DNA of 64,000 bases from Candidatus Coproplasma sp. (GCA_051884055.1 JBJEUX010000025.1:17250-81249); one strand, 5' to 3'. Numbered from the stretch's first letter, positions 38,567-47,562 are shown. Notes: a model not told the origin generated them from the letters alone. Program-made: numbers and translations.

Positions 38567-39570
38567 GGTCTGAGCGCTCCTATACTCTCCAAAAATTCAG
38601 CGTGAGCTAAAACCGTCTCCTTTAAAGGTCTGGGATTGTAGCCGAATTCCCTTATTGACTTGCCGAGGGGAAAGTCGGTATTCTCCTTGAGCGAAGCGAG
38701 CGCGGCGCGCGTGTATAAGGGGCGCTGTCTGCTTATCTTTGACCAGACCGTAAGGAACGGAAGCCCTACGTACGCCACCCATAAAGGCAACGTAGGCGGA
38801 ACTTTTTTGTTGTATTTTTCAGCCAATACAGTCAGAATATCGTTGATTTTATCGGGTTTGTTTGCAAAAATATAGCTTTCGCCCTGTTTTGATTTTTCCA
38901 CTATTGCAGGCAGAACGTCGGCGACGTCGCGGATATCGAAGTCGTTATATCCGCCGTTAATCGAGGCGGGAAGCTTACCCGCTACGAAGTCGCACATGAC
39001 CTGCGACATATGCGAATTGCTGTAATCGCCGGGGCCCAAAACGCCCGCAAGCAAGATAAGACTTGCATTCAAGCCCTTCCGGTCGACGGCGGCTAAGACC
39101 ACCTCGTCCGCCTTACTCTTTGCGGAGGAATATCCGCCCTTGTTGTTCTGCGAGGGGATATAGTTTTTAAGCTCTTCATCCAGCCTTACGCCCTTGGGGA
39201 TAGCTTCCGACGAGGAGATGTGCAGAAACTTTTTTACCCTGTGTTTGAGCGCCTCTTCCACCACGTTGCGCGTGCCGCCGACGGTTATATCGAAGAGGTC
39301 CTGCTTGCTGCCCTCGCCGATCGTAACGTATGCAACCGTATGGATTACTACGTACTCCGCGTCCTCATTAAAGAGTTTTTCAACGTCTTCCGGATTGCGG
39401 ACGTCGCCGTAGACTATTTCGGGAGGGTTGTCCCCGTAGACCCTTTTAACCTTCTCGCTGCTTCTTGCAAGACCTATTACGCGCAGATTATCCTGCATAA
39501 GTCTTTTTGTCAAAACGTTGCCCACGTAACCCGTGCAGCCCGTCACTACGTATATGCAATTTTTTTCCAT
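38563..39570 (-). CDS. NAD(P)-dependent epimerase/dehydratase-family SDR
   Basis: ORF 38563..39639 trimmed to the ATG at 39570, which has a GGAG RBS. Contains TGCTGYVG Rossmann and YSSAK motifs and overlaps the ferredoxin gene by 4 nt. Confidence 0.8.
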   Translation of the reverse strand: MEKNCIYVVTGCTGYVGNVLTKRLMQDNLRVIGLARSSEKVKRVYGDNPPEIVYGDVRNPEDVEKLFNEDAEYVVIHTVAYVTIGEGSKQDLFDITVGGTRNVVEEALKHRVKKFLHISSSEAIPKGVRLDEELKNYIPSQNNKGGYSSAKSKADEVVLAAVDRKGLNASLILLAGVLGPGDYSNSHMSQVMCDFVAGKLPASINGGYNDFDIRDVADVLPAIVEKSKQGESYIFANKPDKINDILTVLAEKYNKKVPPTLPLWVAYVGLPFLTVWSKISRQRPLYTRAALASLKENTDFPLGKSIREFGYNPRPLKETVLAHAEFLESIGALRP

Positions 39571-39692
39571 ATTCTTACTCCGTTTTATACGAAATATTCG
39601 TAACGTTAATATTTTAACATAAAACGCAAAAAATTTCAATGCCTTTACAATTAAAGCTTACAAAATTACCTGTTATTTGCTATTCTATTCGC

Positions 39693-39721
39693 TTGTTTTT
39701 TTTCGTGAAGGAGGTTATAAT
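39693..39721 (+). promoter_or_regulatory. Candidate ssrA promoter (TTGTTT-17-TATAAT)
   Basis: -10 at 39716-39721, about 32 nt upstream of the mature 5' end. Confidence 0.5.
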
Positions 39722-39753
39722 TGATATACAAGTTCTTAAGTTCGGCTGATTTC

Positions 39754-40140
39754 GGGGCTGTTTCAGTTTCGATTGCGGTACGATTTTGACGTAAGCATAC
39801 CAAAGGCTCGGCTTTGTAAAAACGGAAATTTAAATTTAAACGCAGAATCTAAGAATTCTAAAGTCATGGCTTTCCCCGCATTCAACGGCGCAAGCCTGGC
39901 ATGTGCTGCTTAACTTAACGCAGTCCGTCGGCGCGTTCTTCTCCCACGGGAACACGTCGGCGCTATTTTGTGGGATTGTTGAAAGAGCTTAACCTGACTC
40001 CTAAATGAAATTTAAGGTTTGCCCGTAAGGTTTGCCCGTTCGTCGGCGCGCCTTACGGAAAGATATAAAGGCGGACTAAGTATGTAGAAAGCGCATCTGA
40101 CTATCGTAAGACCAGGGTGCAAGTCCCTGCAGCTCCACCA
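39754..40140 (+). ncRNA. ssrA: tmRNA (SsrA)
   Basis: 5' GGGGCUG pairs with 3' CAGCUCC-ACCA, including the G3:U wobble, and a T-arm cagggTGCAAGTccctg is present. An internal frame GCA...GCT GCT TAA (39842-39913) encodes AESKNSKVMAFPAFNGASLACAA. GUAAAAA lies upstream of the putative resume codon. Length 387 nt. Confidence 0.9.
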
Positions 40141-40148
40141 TTTGAATC

Positions 40149-40184
40149 AAATCCGCACCCGTCCGATGCGGATTTTACTTTTTA
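40149..40184 (+). terminator. ssrA terminator
   Basis: Stem aaatccgca/tgcggattt followed by TTTACTTTTT. Confidence 0.8.
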
Positions 40185-40210
40185 TAGGTATATTATTCAG
40201 AAATAAAAGT

Positions 40211-40252
40211 AAAGCGCGCTATACTTCGCTCGTGCGAAGTATAGCGCGCTTT
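40211..40252. terminator. 19-bp perfect-stem bidirectional terminator
   Basis: aaagcgcgctatacttcgc/gcgaagtatagcgcgcttt with a 4-nt loop and T-rich flanks on both strands. Would terminate the orphan gene at 40317-41012. Confidence 0.8.
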
Positions 40253-40316
40253 TCCTGTCCGCAACAGATTGAGTATTTTGAAAGATACTATACTTATAAA
40301 GAGATAAAAAAACCGA

Positions 40317-41012
40317 TCATGCAAAACCGATTACACACTCATTTATCAGTTTACCGTCAATAAATTCTTGTCTTTTTACTAAATTATTTTCGACCAAGTA
40401 ATCGGCAGTATATAAGTGAGCTTCTTCTTTAGTATTATATTTGCTTTCCCAACGTACTTTTTCAGCTTTTCCTATTATGATATAGTTTTCAGTCCGCTCC
40501 ATAGACTTCGGGTTCTTCACAAATAAACGGTGCTCGTCTATTCCTGTGTTCGTAAAGTAAAAGACAGAATCTTCCCCGTCTTTTTCCTCTTTTACGTATT
40601 TAAAAAAACTGTCAGGAATTAGCCCGTTCATATCTCCGGGCGATACGTATTTACCGTATACCTTTACGGAAGAATCAACCTTGTTAATCACTACAGCTGT
40701 ATAAAAATTGATCGCAATTGATTTTGATCGGTTACTTAGCTTATTATTGACTCTATCGCTGAAGAGAAAAATATGATACTTTCCCATCCCGTATTCTTTT
40801 GCGGTAAAAAATACGGTCTTGCCGTTTTCTTCAACAGAATAGATTTTCCGACCAACGGCGCTGACTTTTTCTCCGTTGCTGATTTTCTTGCTTCCAATCA
40901 CAAATGCAGAACCGGATACAATTTTCCATTCCCGTTGCATTATATGAACCCCGTTTACGTCTACGTCGCTACCGAGCGGATAAAATCCGAAATATTTTGC
41001 TTTCACGATCAT
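40317..41012 (-). CDS. Hypothetical protein, orphan
   Basis: 231-aa ORF with a GAAGGAG RBS. Visibly more AT-rich than its flanks. No signal peptide, TM helix or recognised motif. Confidence 0.6.
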   Translation of the reverse strand: MIVKAKYFGFYPLGSDVDVNGVHIMQREWKIVSGSAFVIGSKKISNGEKVSAVGRKIYSVEENGKTVFFTAKEYGMGKYHIFLFSDRVNNKLSNRSKSIAINFYTAVVINKVDSSVKVYGKYVSPGDMNGLIPDSFFKYVKEEKDGEDSVFYFTNTGIDEHRLFVKNPKSMERTENYIIIGKAEKVRWESKYNTKEEAHLYTADYLVENNLVKRQEFIDGKLINECVIGFA

Positions 41013-41178
41013 TTGATTTTTCTCCTTCGGTAAGCATCGGTATTAATTCATTATGAGAACTTCAGTAATACGGGTGCGTTTTTTATTTGATTTATAAACG
41101 GCAACCTGAAAGTCCGCGCTTTTTCAATGTTACAAATACAAACGGTTTACCGCTGAAAGTATCAGAAAAAGTATATTA

Positions 41179-42300
41179 TCACAGCTTTTCAACTATTATG
41201 CCGTCTGAAATATCGGTGTCGTAGCACTCGGCTTTATAGCCCGTTTCGCGCCCGTACTTGTCGCAGACGTACTTTTTGAAATCTTCCACCGCGTCGCTCT
41301 TTACAAGCGAAATCGTGCAGCCGCCGAAGCCGCCGCCCGTCATACGCGAGCCTGCGCACGCAGGGTGCTCCTGTGCGGCGTGAGCGAGGACGTCAAGCTC
41401 CCTGCCCGTTACCTCGTAGAGCTTTGAAAGCGATTCGTGAGACTTGTTTAAAAGATCGCCAAGGAACGACATATTGCCCGCCCTCATTGCCTGAACGGCA
41501 AGGCGAACCCTTTCGCACTCGTTTACGACGTGGCTAGCTCTGTCGCGTATCTTTAAAGGCAGAACGTGTTCCCACTTGGCGTACTCCAAGGGGGTTAAGT
41601 CTGCAAGGCAGTCGATTTTGGTATATTTCTGAAGAATTTCAAGCGCCTTGTCCGTCTCGCTGCGGCGTTCGTTATACTTGCTCTCCACAAGGTTGTGCGG
41701 CTTTTTGCAGTTGATGATAACCAGTGAATAGTCGCCGAGCTCTACGGGAACGTATTCCCTTTCAAGCGTCTTGCAGTTCAACAAAATGGCGTGATCCTTC
41801 TTGCCGCAAGCCGACGCGTACTGGTCCATAATGCCGCAGTTAACGCCTGCGTATTCGCGCTCTGCCTGCTGTGCTTTTAACGATACGTCTACGGGGTCGA
41901 ACTCTTCGCCTGCAACGGTCGCGAGAGCGGCTATCGTAGACACCTCGATTGCGGCGGAAGAGGAAAGTCCGCTGCCGAAAGGCACGGTGCAGTCCTGCAA
42001 CATATCGCAACCGACGATTTTATGATCGGCCCGCTGCCACATTAACGCGCTGCCTGCCTGATAGTTGCCGTACTTTAAATTTTTGTAGCTGTCCAGCTTG
42101 TCGATATCAAGCGTAACCTGATCGGGAAGCGTGGTCCACTTTAAATTTATTTTGTTCGTGCCGTTGGGACGGATATATACCGTATTTTTAACAGAGAGCG
42201 CCGCGGGCAAAACCTTGCCTCCGCAATAGTCGATATGCTCTCCGATAATGTTTACTCTGCCTGCCGCACTTACCTTAAAATCATATTCTCTTTCGTTCAT
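41179..42300 (-). CDS. galK: Galactokinase
   Basis: 373 aa with the galactokinase signature GRVNIIGEHIDY and the GHMP motif PFGSGLSSSAA. Confidence 0.95.
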   Translation of the reverse strand: MNEREYDFKVSAAGRVNIIGEHIDYCGGKVLPAALSVKNTVYIRPNGTNKINLKWTTLPDQVTLDIDKLDSYKNLKYGNYQAGSALMWQRADHKIVGCDMLQDCTVPFGSGLSSSAAIEVSTIAALATVAGEEFDPVDVSLKAQQAEREYAGVNCGIMDQYASACGKKDHAILLNCKTLEREYVPVELGDYSLVIINCKKPHNLVESKYNERRSETDKALEILQKYTKIDCLADLTPLEYAKWEHVLPLKIRDRASHVVNECERVRLAVQAMRAGNMSFLGDLLNKSHESLSKLYEVTGRELDVLAHAAQEHPACAGSRMTGGGFGGCTISLVKSDAVEDFKKYVCDKYGRETGYKAECYDTDISDGIIVEKL

Positions 42301-43664
42301 AATTCACACCCCAAGTCGGTTAAAAATTTAATTGTTTGCCGTCTGTCCTTAAATACGGCGGTATTTTCAAGTATTCTCGAACATATGCTGCCGAGTTCCT
42401 TTTTCATAGCCTCGTGAACGGGTATATTTCCGCTCTCGAAGATAGCTTTGGTTTCGTCGTAAACCAGCTTGAATTGGGCATATTCGGGGGGCAATTCGGT
42501 TTTCTGTTCGATAAACGCCTCGATTTTGCCGAGCTCTTCTTCAAGCCTTCCGGGGAGAATGAACAGACCCTGCGCCTCGATTAAACCTATGCTCTCCTTC
42601 TTGATTGTATGGAATTCGGGATGAGCGTGGAACACGCCTTCGGGGTACTGCTCGCTGGTTATATTGGAGCGGAGAATGACGCTCATTTCGTAGCCGCGCT
42701 CAGTCTTTACTACCGTGGGCGAAATGCTGTTATGTATGCCCTCTTCGTCCTCGGCGATAATTCCGAGCTCAGGGTTATTATAGCTTACCCAACTCTTGCG
42801 GATTTCTTCACAGAAATCTTCGATCTGCCTGCGGTCGTCCGAAACGACTCTTACCACCGTTCCCTGCCAATCAACCACCTCGATTATCGCGTCGGGATAG
42901 CTCTTATGCTTTAACGTGTACGCCGCCTTTGCCTTGTGCATGGGAAGAATTTCACCGCCGCCCTGATAGTGGTCGTGGGCGAGCACGCTTCCGCCGATTC
43001 TGGGCAGAACCGCGTTACAGCCGATGAAATAGTGAGGGAACGTATCGACAAAGTCCATAAGCCGCGTAAAAGTGCCCTTATCAATATGCATGGGCGTATG
43101 CTCGCAATTTACTGCTATGCCGTGCTCGTGGAAGTAGCCGTAGGGCGAATACTGCCAGAACCAGGACTGTCCGCCGAGGGTTATATCGACCGTTCTGAGC
43201 GTGCGCTTATTGCGCGGAGCTAACCCTTCGTTTTCACGGCAGATAACGCATTTTGCAAATCCGCCGTCGACAGAATTCCCCGCCTTCGCCTTTTTGGGGT
43301 CGCGGAATTCGGGCTTTGCCTTGTTTATCGTGATTATAAGTCCGTCGCTTTCAAAGCGCGGGTTTTTATCGAGCTTGGCTTTTTTAACGTAATCGTTATG
43401 CACGCAGTAGCTGTACAGCCAGTCTGTCGCCGCCTTGCCGCCCTTACTTAACAGGCTTTGAAACCTTTCGTTTACCTGAGAGGGCATGAGCGACAGCGCA
43501 CCGTAGACTTCGTCCGCCTCTTCTTCGGAGAACTCGTCGCCCTCGCAATTCTGCAAAATTTCAAGCACGCGGTTTTTTACGTAGTTTGCGTCGTGCTTGT
43601 CAAGTTCAAGATATTTTTCGGCGTATTCAGTGTACTCTTCTGCTCTTGTCAATAAATCTTTCAT
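42297..43664 (-). CDS. galT: Galactose-1-phosphate uridylyltransferase (long, Firmicute type)
   Basis: 455 aa with the active-site region LAHDHYQGG. Overlaps both neighbours by 4 nt. Confidence 0.9.
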   Translation of the reverse strand: MKDLLTRAEEYTEYAEKYLELDKHDANYVKNRVLEILQNCEGDEFSEEEADEVYGALSLMPSQVNERFQSLLSKGGKAATDWLYSYCVHNDYVKKAKLDKNPRFESDGLIITINKAKPEFRDPKKAKAGNSVDGGFAKCVICRENEGLAPRNKRTLRTVDITLGGQSWFWQYSPYGYFHEHGIAVNCEHTPMHIDKGTFTRLMDFVDTFPHYFIGCNAVLPRIGGSVLAHDHYQGGGEILPMHKAKAAYTLKHKSYPDAIIEVVDWQGTVVRVVSDDRRQIEDFCEEIRKSWVSYNNPELGIIAEDEEGIHNSISPTVVKTERGYEMSVILRSNITSEQYPEGVFHAHPEFHTIKKESIGLIEAQGLFILPGRLEEELGKIEAFIEQKTELPPEYAQFKLVYDETKAIFESGNIPVHEAMKKELGSICSRILENTAVFKDRRQTIKFLTDLGCEL

Positions 43665-44278
43665 ATCAGTTCCTTTTTTAAGTCAATTCTGTCGGCTTCG
43701 GTAATTTTCCGTACCGCTCTGCACGGATTTCCGTACGCAAGAGAGTTTTGCGGTATCTCGCCCGTGACGACCGAACCTGCGCCTATCACGCATCCGTCGC
43801 CGATTTTCGCTCCTGCGCAGATCGTAACGTTGCCGGCTATCCAGCAATTATTGCCAATGGTTACGGGCGCGCCGTATTCCTTGTCAGTCAGGCGCCCGTT
43901 TTGGTTAATAAAGAGATTTCTGTCCTGCCAACACAGCGGATGCTTAGGCGTGAGTATCGATACGTTCGGACCTACCAACACGTTGTCGCCAATCGTTACG
44001 GGGCAGACGTCCAGAACGGTCAGGTTAAAATTCGCGTAGAAATTCTTTCCTACTCTGGTAAACACGCCGTAATCGAAGTACACGGGTCCCTGTAAATACG
44101 CACCCTCGCCGCGGTCGGGCATAAGCTCTCCTAAAATTTCTTCACGCCTGTCGCGCTCATCCTCGAACGTATCGTTGTACAGTTTGCAGAGTTTATGAGC
44201 TTTTCGGCGGAGAGCAGAAAGCTCTTCGTCGTTCGGGTCGTAAATTTTCCCGGAGAGCATCTTCTCTTTTTCGTTCAT
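43661..44278 (-). CDS. Maltose/galactoside O-acetyltransferase (hexapeptide-repeat family)
   Basis: 205 aa with an N-terminal Mac domain and left-handed beta-helix repeats. Confidence 0.88.
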   Translation of the reverse strand: MNEKEKMLSGKIYDPNDEELSALRRKAHKLCKLYNDTFEDERDRREEILGELMPDRGEGAYLQGPVYFDYGVFTRVGKNFYANFNLTVLDVCPVTIGDNVLVGPNVSILTPKHPLCWQDRNLFINQNGRLTDKEYGAPVTIGNNCWIAGNVTICAGAKIGDGCVIGAGSVVTGEIPQNSLAYGNPCRAVRKITEADRIDLKKELI

Positions 44279-44293
44279 ATCAGACTTTTCTGT

Positions 44294-45316
44294 TCAGGAT
44301 TTTCTGTAACCGGAAGGATTTTTGGTCTGCCAATTCCAGCTGCTTGCGCACATCTCGTCTATACCGAGCTTAGCCTCCCAGCCGAGCTCGTCTTTAGCCT
44401 TCGACGCGTCTGCATAGCAAGCCGCGATGTCGCCGGGGCGGCGGGGTTTGATCGAATAGGGAATCGCGTGGCCGCAAGCCTTTTCAAAGGCGTGTATAAC
44501 GTCCAGCACGCTGTAACCTACGCCAGTGCCGAGATTGTAGACGTATACGCCGCCGTTTCCGATTTTATCTATTGCCGCAACGTGACCCTTTGCAAGATCT
44601 ACCACGTGGATATAGTCGCGCACGCCCGTGCCGTCGGGGGTGGGATAGTCGTTTCCGAATACACCCACTTCCTTAAGCTCGCCGATGGCAACCTTTGCGA
44701 TATAGGGCGTTAAGTTGTTGGGTATGCCCTTGGGGTCCTCGCCGATGAGTCCGCTTTCGTGAGCGCCGACGGGATTAAAGTATCTGAGCAGCACTACCGT
44801 CCATTCGTTGTCGGCCTTATATACGTCGGTGAGCATAATTTCCTGGAAGTACTTGCTCGTGCCGTAGGGGTTGGTTGTGCCGCCCGTCTTGCAGGTTTCG
44901 GTCAGAGGTAAAACTTCGGGGTCGCCGTAGACGGTCGCAGACGACGAGAACACGATTTTTTTGCAGCCGTGTTCACGCATTGACTGCAATAAGACGAGGG
45001 TTCCGTATAAGTTGTTGTCGTAATACTCCACAGGCTTCGCGCAGGATTCGCCTACCGCCTTAAGTCCGGCAAAGTGGATTACCCAGTCTATTTTGTTTTC
45101 GGTAAAGATCTTGTCGAGAGCGGCTTTATCCCTTATATCCGCGTTATAAAATTTAACGCTTTTGCCTGTAATCTGCTCTACACGGTTCAAGCTCTCTTCG
45201 CAGGAATTAGCAAGATTATCTACAACCACCGCGCCGTAGCCGCTGTTTAAAAGTTCTACGACGGTATGACTGCCGATATATCCTGCGCCTCCCGTCACCA
45301 ACACGTTTGCCTTCAT
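44294..45316 (-). CDS. galE: UDP-glucose 4-epimerase
   Basis: 340 aa with GGAGYIGSH and YGTSK motifs. Confidence 0.95.
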   Translation of the reverse strand: MKANVLVTGGAGYIGSHTVVELLNSGYGAVVVDNLANSCEESLNRVEQITGKSVKFYNADIRDKAALDKIFTENKIDWVIHFAGLKAVGESCAKPVEYYDNNLYGTLVLLQSMREHGCKKIVFSSSATVYGDPEVLPLTETCKTGGTTNPYGTSKYFQEIMLTDVYKADNEWTVVLLRYFNPVGAHESGLIGEDPKGIPNNLTPYIAKVAIGELKEVGVFGNDYPTPDGTGVRDYIHVVDLAKGHVAAIDKIGNGGVYVYNLGTGVGYSVLDVIHAFEKACGHAIPYSIKPRRPGDIAACYADASKAKDELGWEAKLGIDEMCASSWNWQTKNPSGYRKS

Positions 45317-45376
45317 TTTTTGTGACCTCCGACAATGAATTTATTTGTTAATTTTGTACGCTATACGTCAAATTTA

Positions 45377-45405
45377 ATTATACGCCGAATATAGTATTTT
45401 GTCAA
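45377..45405 (-). promoter_or_regulatory. Perfect-consensus sigma-A promoter of the gal operon (TTGACA-17-TATAAT)
   Basis: Minus-strand -35 at 45400-45405 and -10 at 45377-45382. Confidence 0.7.
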
Positions 45406-45468
45406 TATTCAACCCGAAAAATAAGCGACGTAAATGCACGATTGAAAGCTAAGTAATCATATTCAACC

Positions 45469-45497
45469 TTGACAAAATAAATGCGTTCTGCTAAAAT
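45469..45497 (+). promoter_or_regulatory. Sigma-A promoter of the amylase gene (TTGACA-17-TAAAAT)
   Basis: -35 at 45469-45474 and -10 at 45492-45497. Confidence 0.65.
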
Positions 45498-45536
45498 AGT
45501 AACAGATTATATTTTATAATAATGAAAGGAGTTAAA

Positions 45537-47162
45537 ATGAAAAAAGCCGCACTACTCTGCACCCTGTCAGCCTGCCTTTTTGCATTAACTGCCTGCGGTT
45601 CGACACCGACGGTTCCCGAAACAAACGAAAACGGGGAACTGTGTATCCGCGACGAAAAACTTAACACCACTTACGTTACCGACGACAACAACCGCGTGTT
45701 CTACGAAATTTTCGTCGGTTCGTTCTCCGATTCGAACGGCGACGGCACGGGCGATCTGAGGGGAATTATAAACCGCTTCGACTATTTAAACGACGGCGAC
45801 CCCAATTCGGGACTCAGCCTGGGCGTGGAAGGCATCTGGCTTACTCCCATTTTCTCGTCTCCTACCTATCATAAATACGACGTAACAGATTACTATAAGA
45901 TAGACCCCAAGTTCGGTACCGAGGACGACCTGGTTGAGCTCGTAGAACTCTGCCACGAAAGAAACGTTAAGTTGATTCTGGATCTGCCCATAAACCACAC
46001 CAGCACGAGCAACGCGATGTTCCAGAAATTCTCTCAGGCGCAGAAGAGCGGCGATACCGAAAATAAGTATTACGATTACTATTCCTACTACGTTGACGGC
46101 GACCCCGCGCCTTCGGGAAGAACGTTTAACCAACTTGCAGGAACCGACGTAAGGTATGAATGTAACTTTGAAGGCGGCATGCCCGAATTGAACTACGACA
46201 ACCAGAGCGTCAGGGAAGAGATGCTTGACGTTGCCAAGTACTACCTCAATCTGGGTCTGGACGGGTTCAGATTCGACGCGGCAAAATATATCTACTACGG
46301 CGAGGACGCAAAGTCGGCTGAGTTCTGGAAGTGGTACGTAGGCGAGCTCAAACAGGTTAAGAGCGACGTCTATACCGTTGCCGAGGTCTGGGCGAGCGAT
46401 TCGATAACTCAGATGTATGCGCCCGCGACCAACTGCTTTAACTTTACCACCTCCCAGACGACCGGACAGATTGCCGTTGCGGCTAAGGGCGGGGACGCAG
46501 GAACGTATTGCTCTTACGTAGAAAAATACGTAAACAACGTCAAGGCGGTAAATCCCGACGGAATGATTATTCCCTTTATTGCAAACCACGACAACGACAG
46601 GGCTGCCGGATTTTTGAGCGTATCCACCGGACAGATGCAGGTTGCGGCGAATTTATTGCTGCTGTCCTGCGGCTCCCCCTTCATATATTACGGTGAAGAA
46701 ATCGGCTTGAAGGGTTCGCGCGGCAGCGCAAGCACAGACGCAAACAGACGACTTGCCATGCGTTGGGGCGACGACGACACGGTAGTTAACCCTGCAGGTT
46801 CTACATATCCCGAAATGAATCAGGTTAACGGCACGGTTGCCGACCAGAAGGGCGTCAGCGACAGCCTTTACAATCACTATAAAAAGCTTATAATGATAAG
46901 AAACGCCAACCCTGAAATTGCTCGCGGCGAGTACAAGGCGCTAAAAATAAGCGGTTCTAATCTCGGCGGATTCACCTCCACCTTGAACGGTAGCACGGTT
47001 GCCGTTCTGCACAACACTACGACCGAAGAGTTCAGCGTCGATTTATCCACCGTGACAAGTCTTACGTTCAGCGAAATCCGCGCTATTGCAGGTCTGAACG
47101 GCGCAACACTTAACGGCACTATTCTTACAATCGGCGCGCAGACCAGCGTAGTTATTAAGTAA
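45537..47162 (+). CDS. GH13 alpha-amylase-family lipoprotein
   Basis: Start moved to the ATG at 45537, which has an AAAGGAG RBS. Lipobox LTAC. GH13 regions are DLPINH, GFRFDAAKY, EVW and FIANHD. Confidence 0.9.
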   Translation: MKKAALLCTLSACLFALTACGSTPTVPETNENGELCIRDEKLNTTYVTDDNNRVFYEIFVGSFSDSNGDGTGDLRGIINRFDYLNDGDPNSGLSLGVEGIWLTPIFSSPTYHKYDVTDYYKIDPKFGTEDDLVELVELCHERNVKLILDLPINHTSTSNAMFQKFSQAQKSGDTENKYYDYYSYYVDGDPAPSGRTFNQLAGTDVRYECNFEGGMPELNYDNQSVREEMLDVAKYYLNLGLDGFRFDAAKYIYYGEDAKSAEFWKWYVGELKQVKSDVYTVAEVWASDSITQMYAPATNCFNFTTSQTTGQIAVAAKGGDAGTYCSYVEKYVNNVKAVNPDGMIIPFIANHDNDRAAGFLSVSTGQMQVAANLLLLSCGSPFIYYGEEIGLKGSRGSASTDANRRLAMRWGDDDTVVNPAGSTYPEMNQVNGTVADQKGVSDSLYNHYKKLIMIRNANPEIARGEYKALKISGSNLGGFTSTLNGSTVAVLHNTTTEEFSVDLSTVTSLTFSEIRAIAGLNGATLNGTILTIGAQTSVVIK

Positions 47163-47201
47163 ATTTAAAATATCTGAAATTTTAATATCTGAAAATTGCA
47201 A

Positions 47202-47235
47202 GCCGCCGCGCATTTTAGCGCGGCGGCTTATTTTA
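47202..47235 (+). terminator. Amylase gene terminator (first copy of a repeated hairpin)
   Basis: Stem gccgccgcgc/gcgcggcggc with a 6-nt loop, then TTATTTTAT. Confidence 0.8.
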
Positions 47236-47445
47236 TATTGACCAACGACCGCCCTCTGCACTAAATAGCGCAGAATTTCACTCTTTTAAACGATTACACC
47301 TTACTGTCCGCCGCGCATTTTAGCGCGGCGGCTTATTTTTATTGACCAACGACCGCCCTCCGCGCTAAATAGCGCAGAATCTCACTCTTTTAAACGATTA
47401 CACCTTACTGTCCGCCGCGCTAAATGCGCGGCGGTTTATTTTTCC
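47203..47445. repeat. About 2.3 tandem copies of a ~105-bp unit, each starting with a GC-rich terminator-like hairpin
   Basis: Hairpin starts at 47203, 47308 and 47412 (periods 105 and 104). Copies 1 and 2 differ at only a few positions. Confidence 0.9.
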
Positions 47446-47456
47446 GACAATCGCCC

Positions 47457-47516
47457 GTTCCCAAACGCCCCGTTTCCAGCCGTTCAGTTCCCAAATGCCC
47501 AGTTTTCAACCGTTCC
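47457..47516. repeat. Two tandem 30-bp units
   Basis: gttcccaaacgccccgtttccagccgttca is followed by gttcccaaatgcccagttttcaaccgttcc. Confidence 0.8.
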
Positions 47517-47525
47517 GATTTATAA

Positions 47526-47562
47526 AATAAAAAAGCTCCGCCGTACCTACTTACGGCGGAGC
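47526..47562 (-). terminator. Terminator of the ABC-transporter operon
   Basis: Stem gctccgccgta/tacggcggagc followed by TTTTTTATTTTAT on the minus strand. Confidence 0.85.

Noticed and set aside
40141-41178. Integrated island at the tmRNA 3' end with att duplication
   Set aside because: There is no integrase or recombinase gene. No second copy of the terminal ssrA sequence (..gtccctgcagctccacca) lies anywhere downstream up to galK. Only a single orphan gene is present, so at most this is an old remnant.
45317-45521. cre (CcpA) or LacI/GalR-type operators in the gal/amylase divergent region
   Set aside because: No 14-mer fits WTGNAANCGNWNNCW or TGNNANCGNTNNCA. Candidates such as tgaaagctaagtaa and tgacgtatagcgtaca lack the central CG symmetry.
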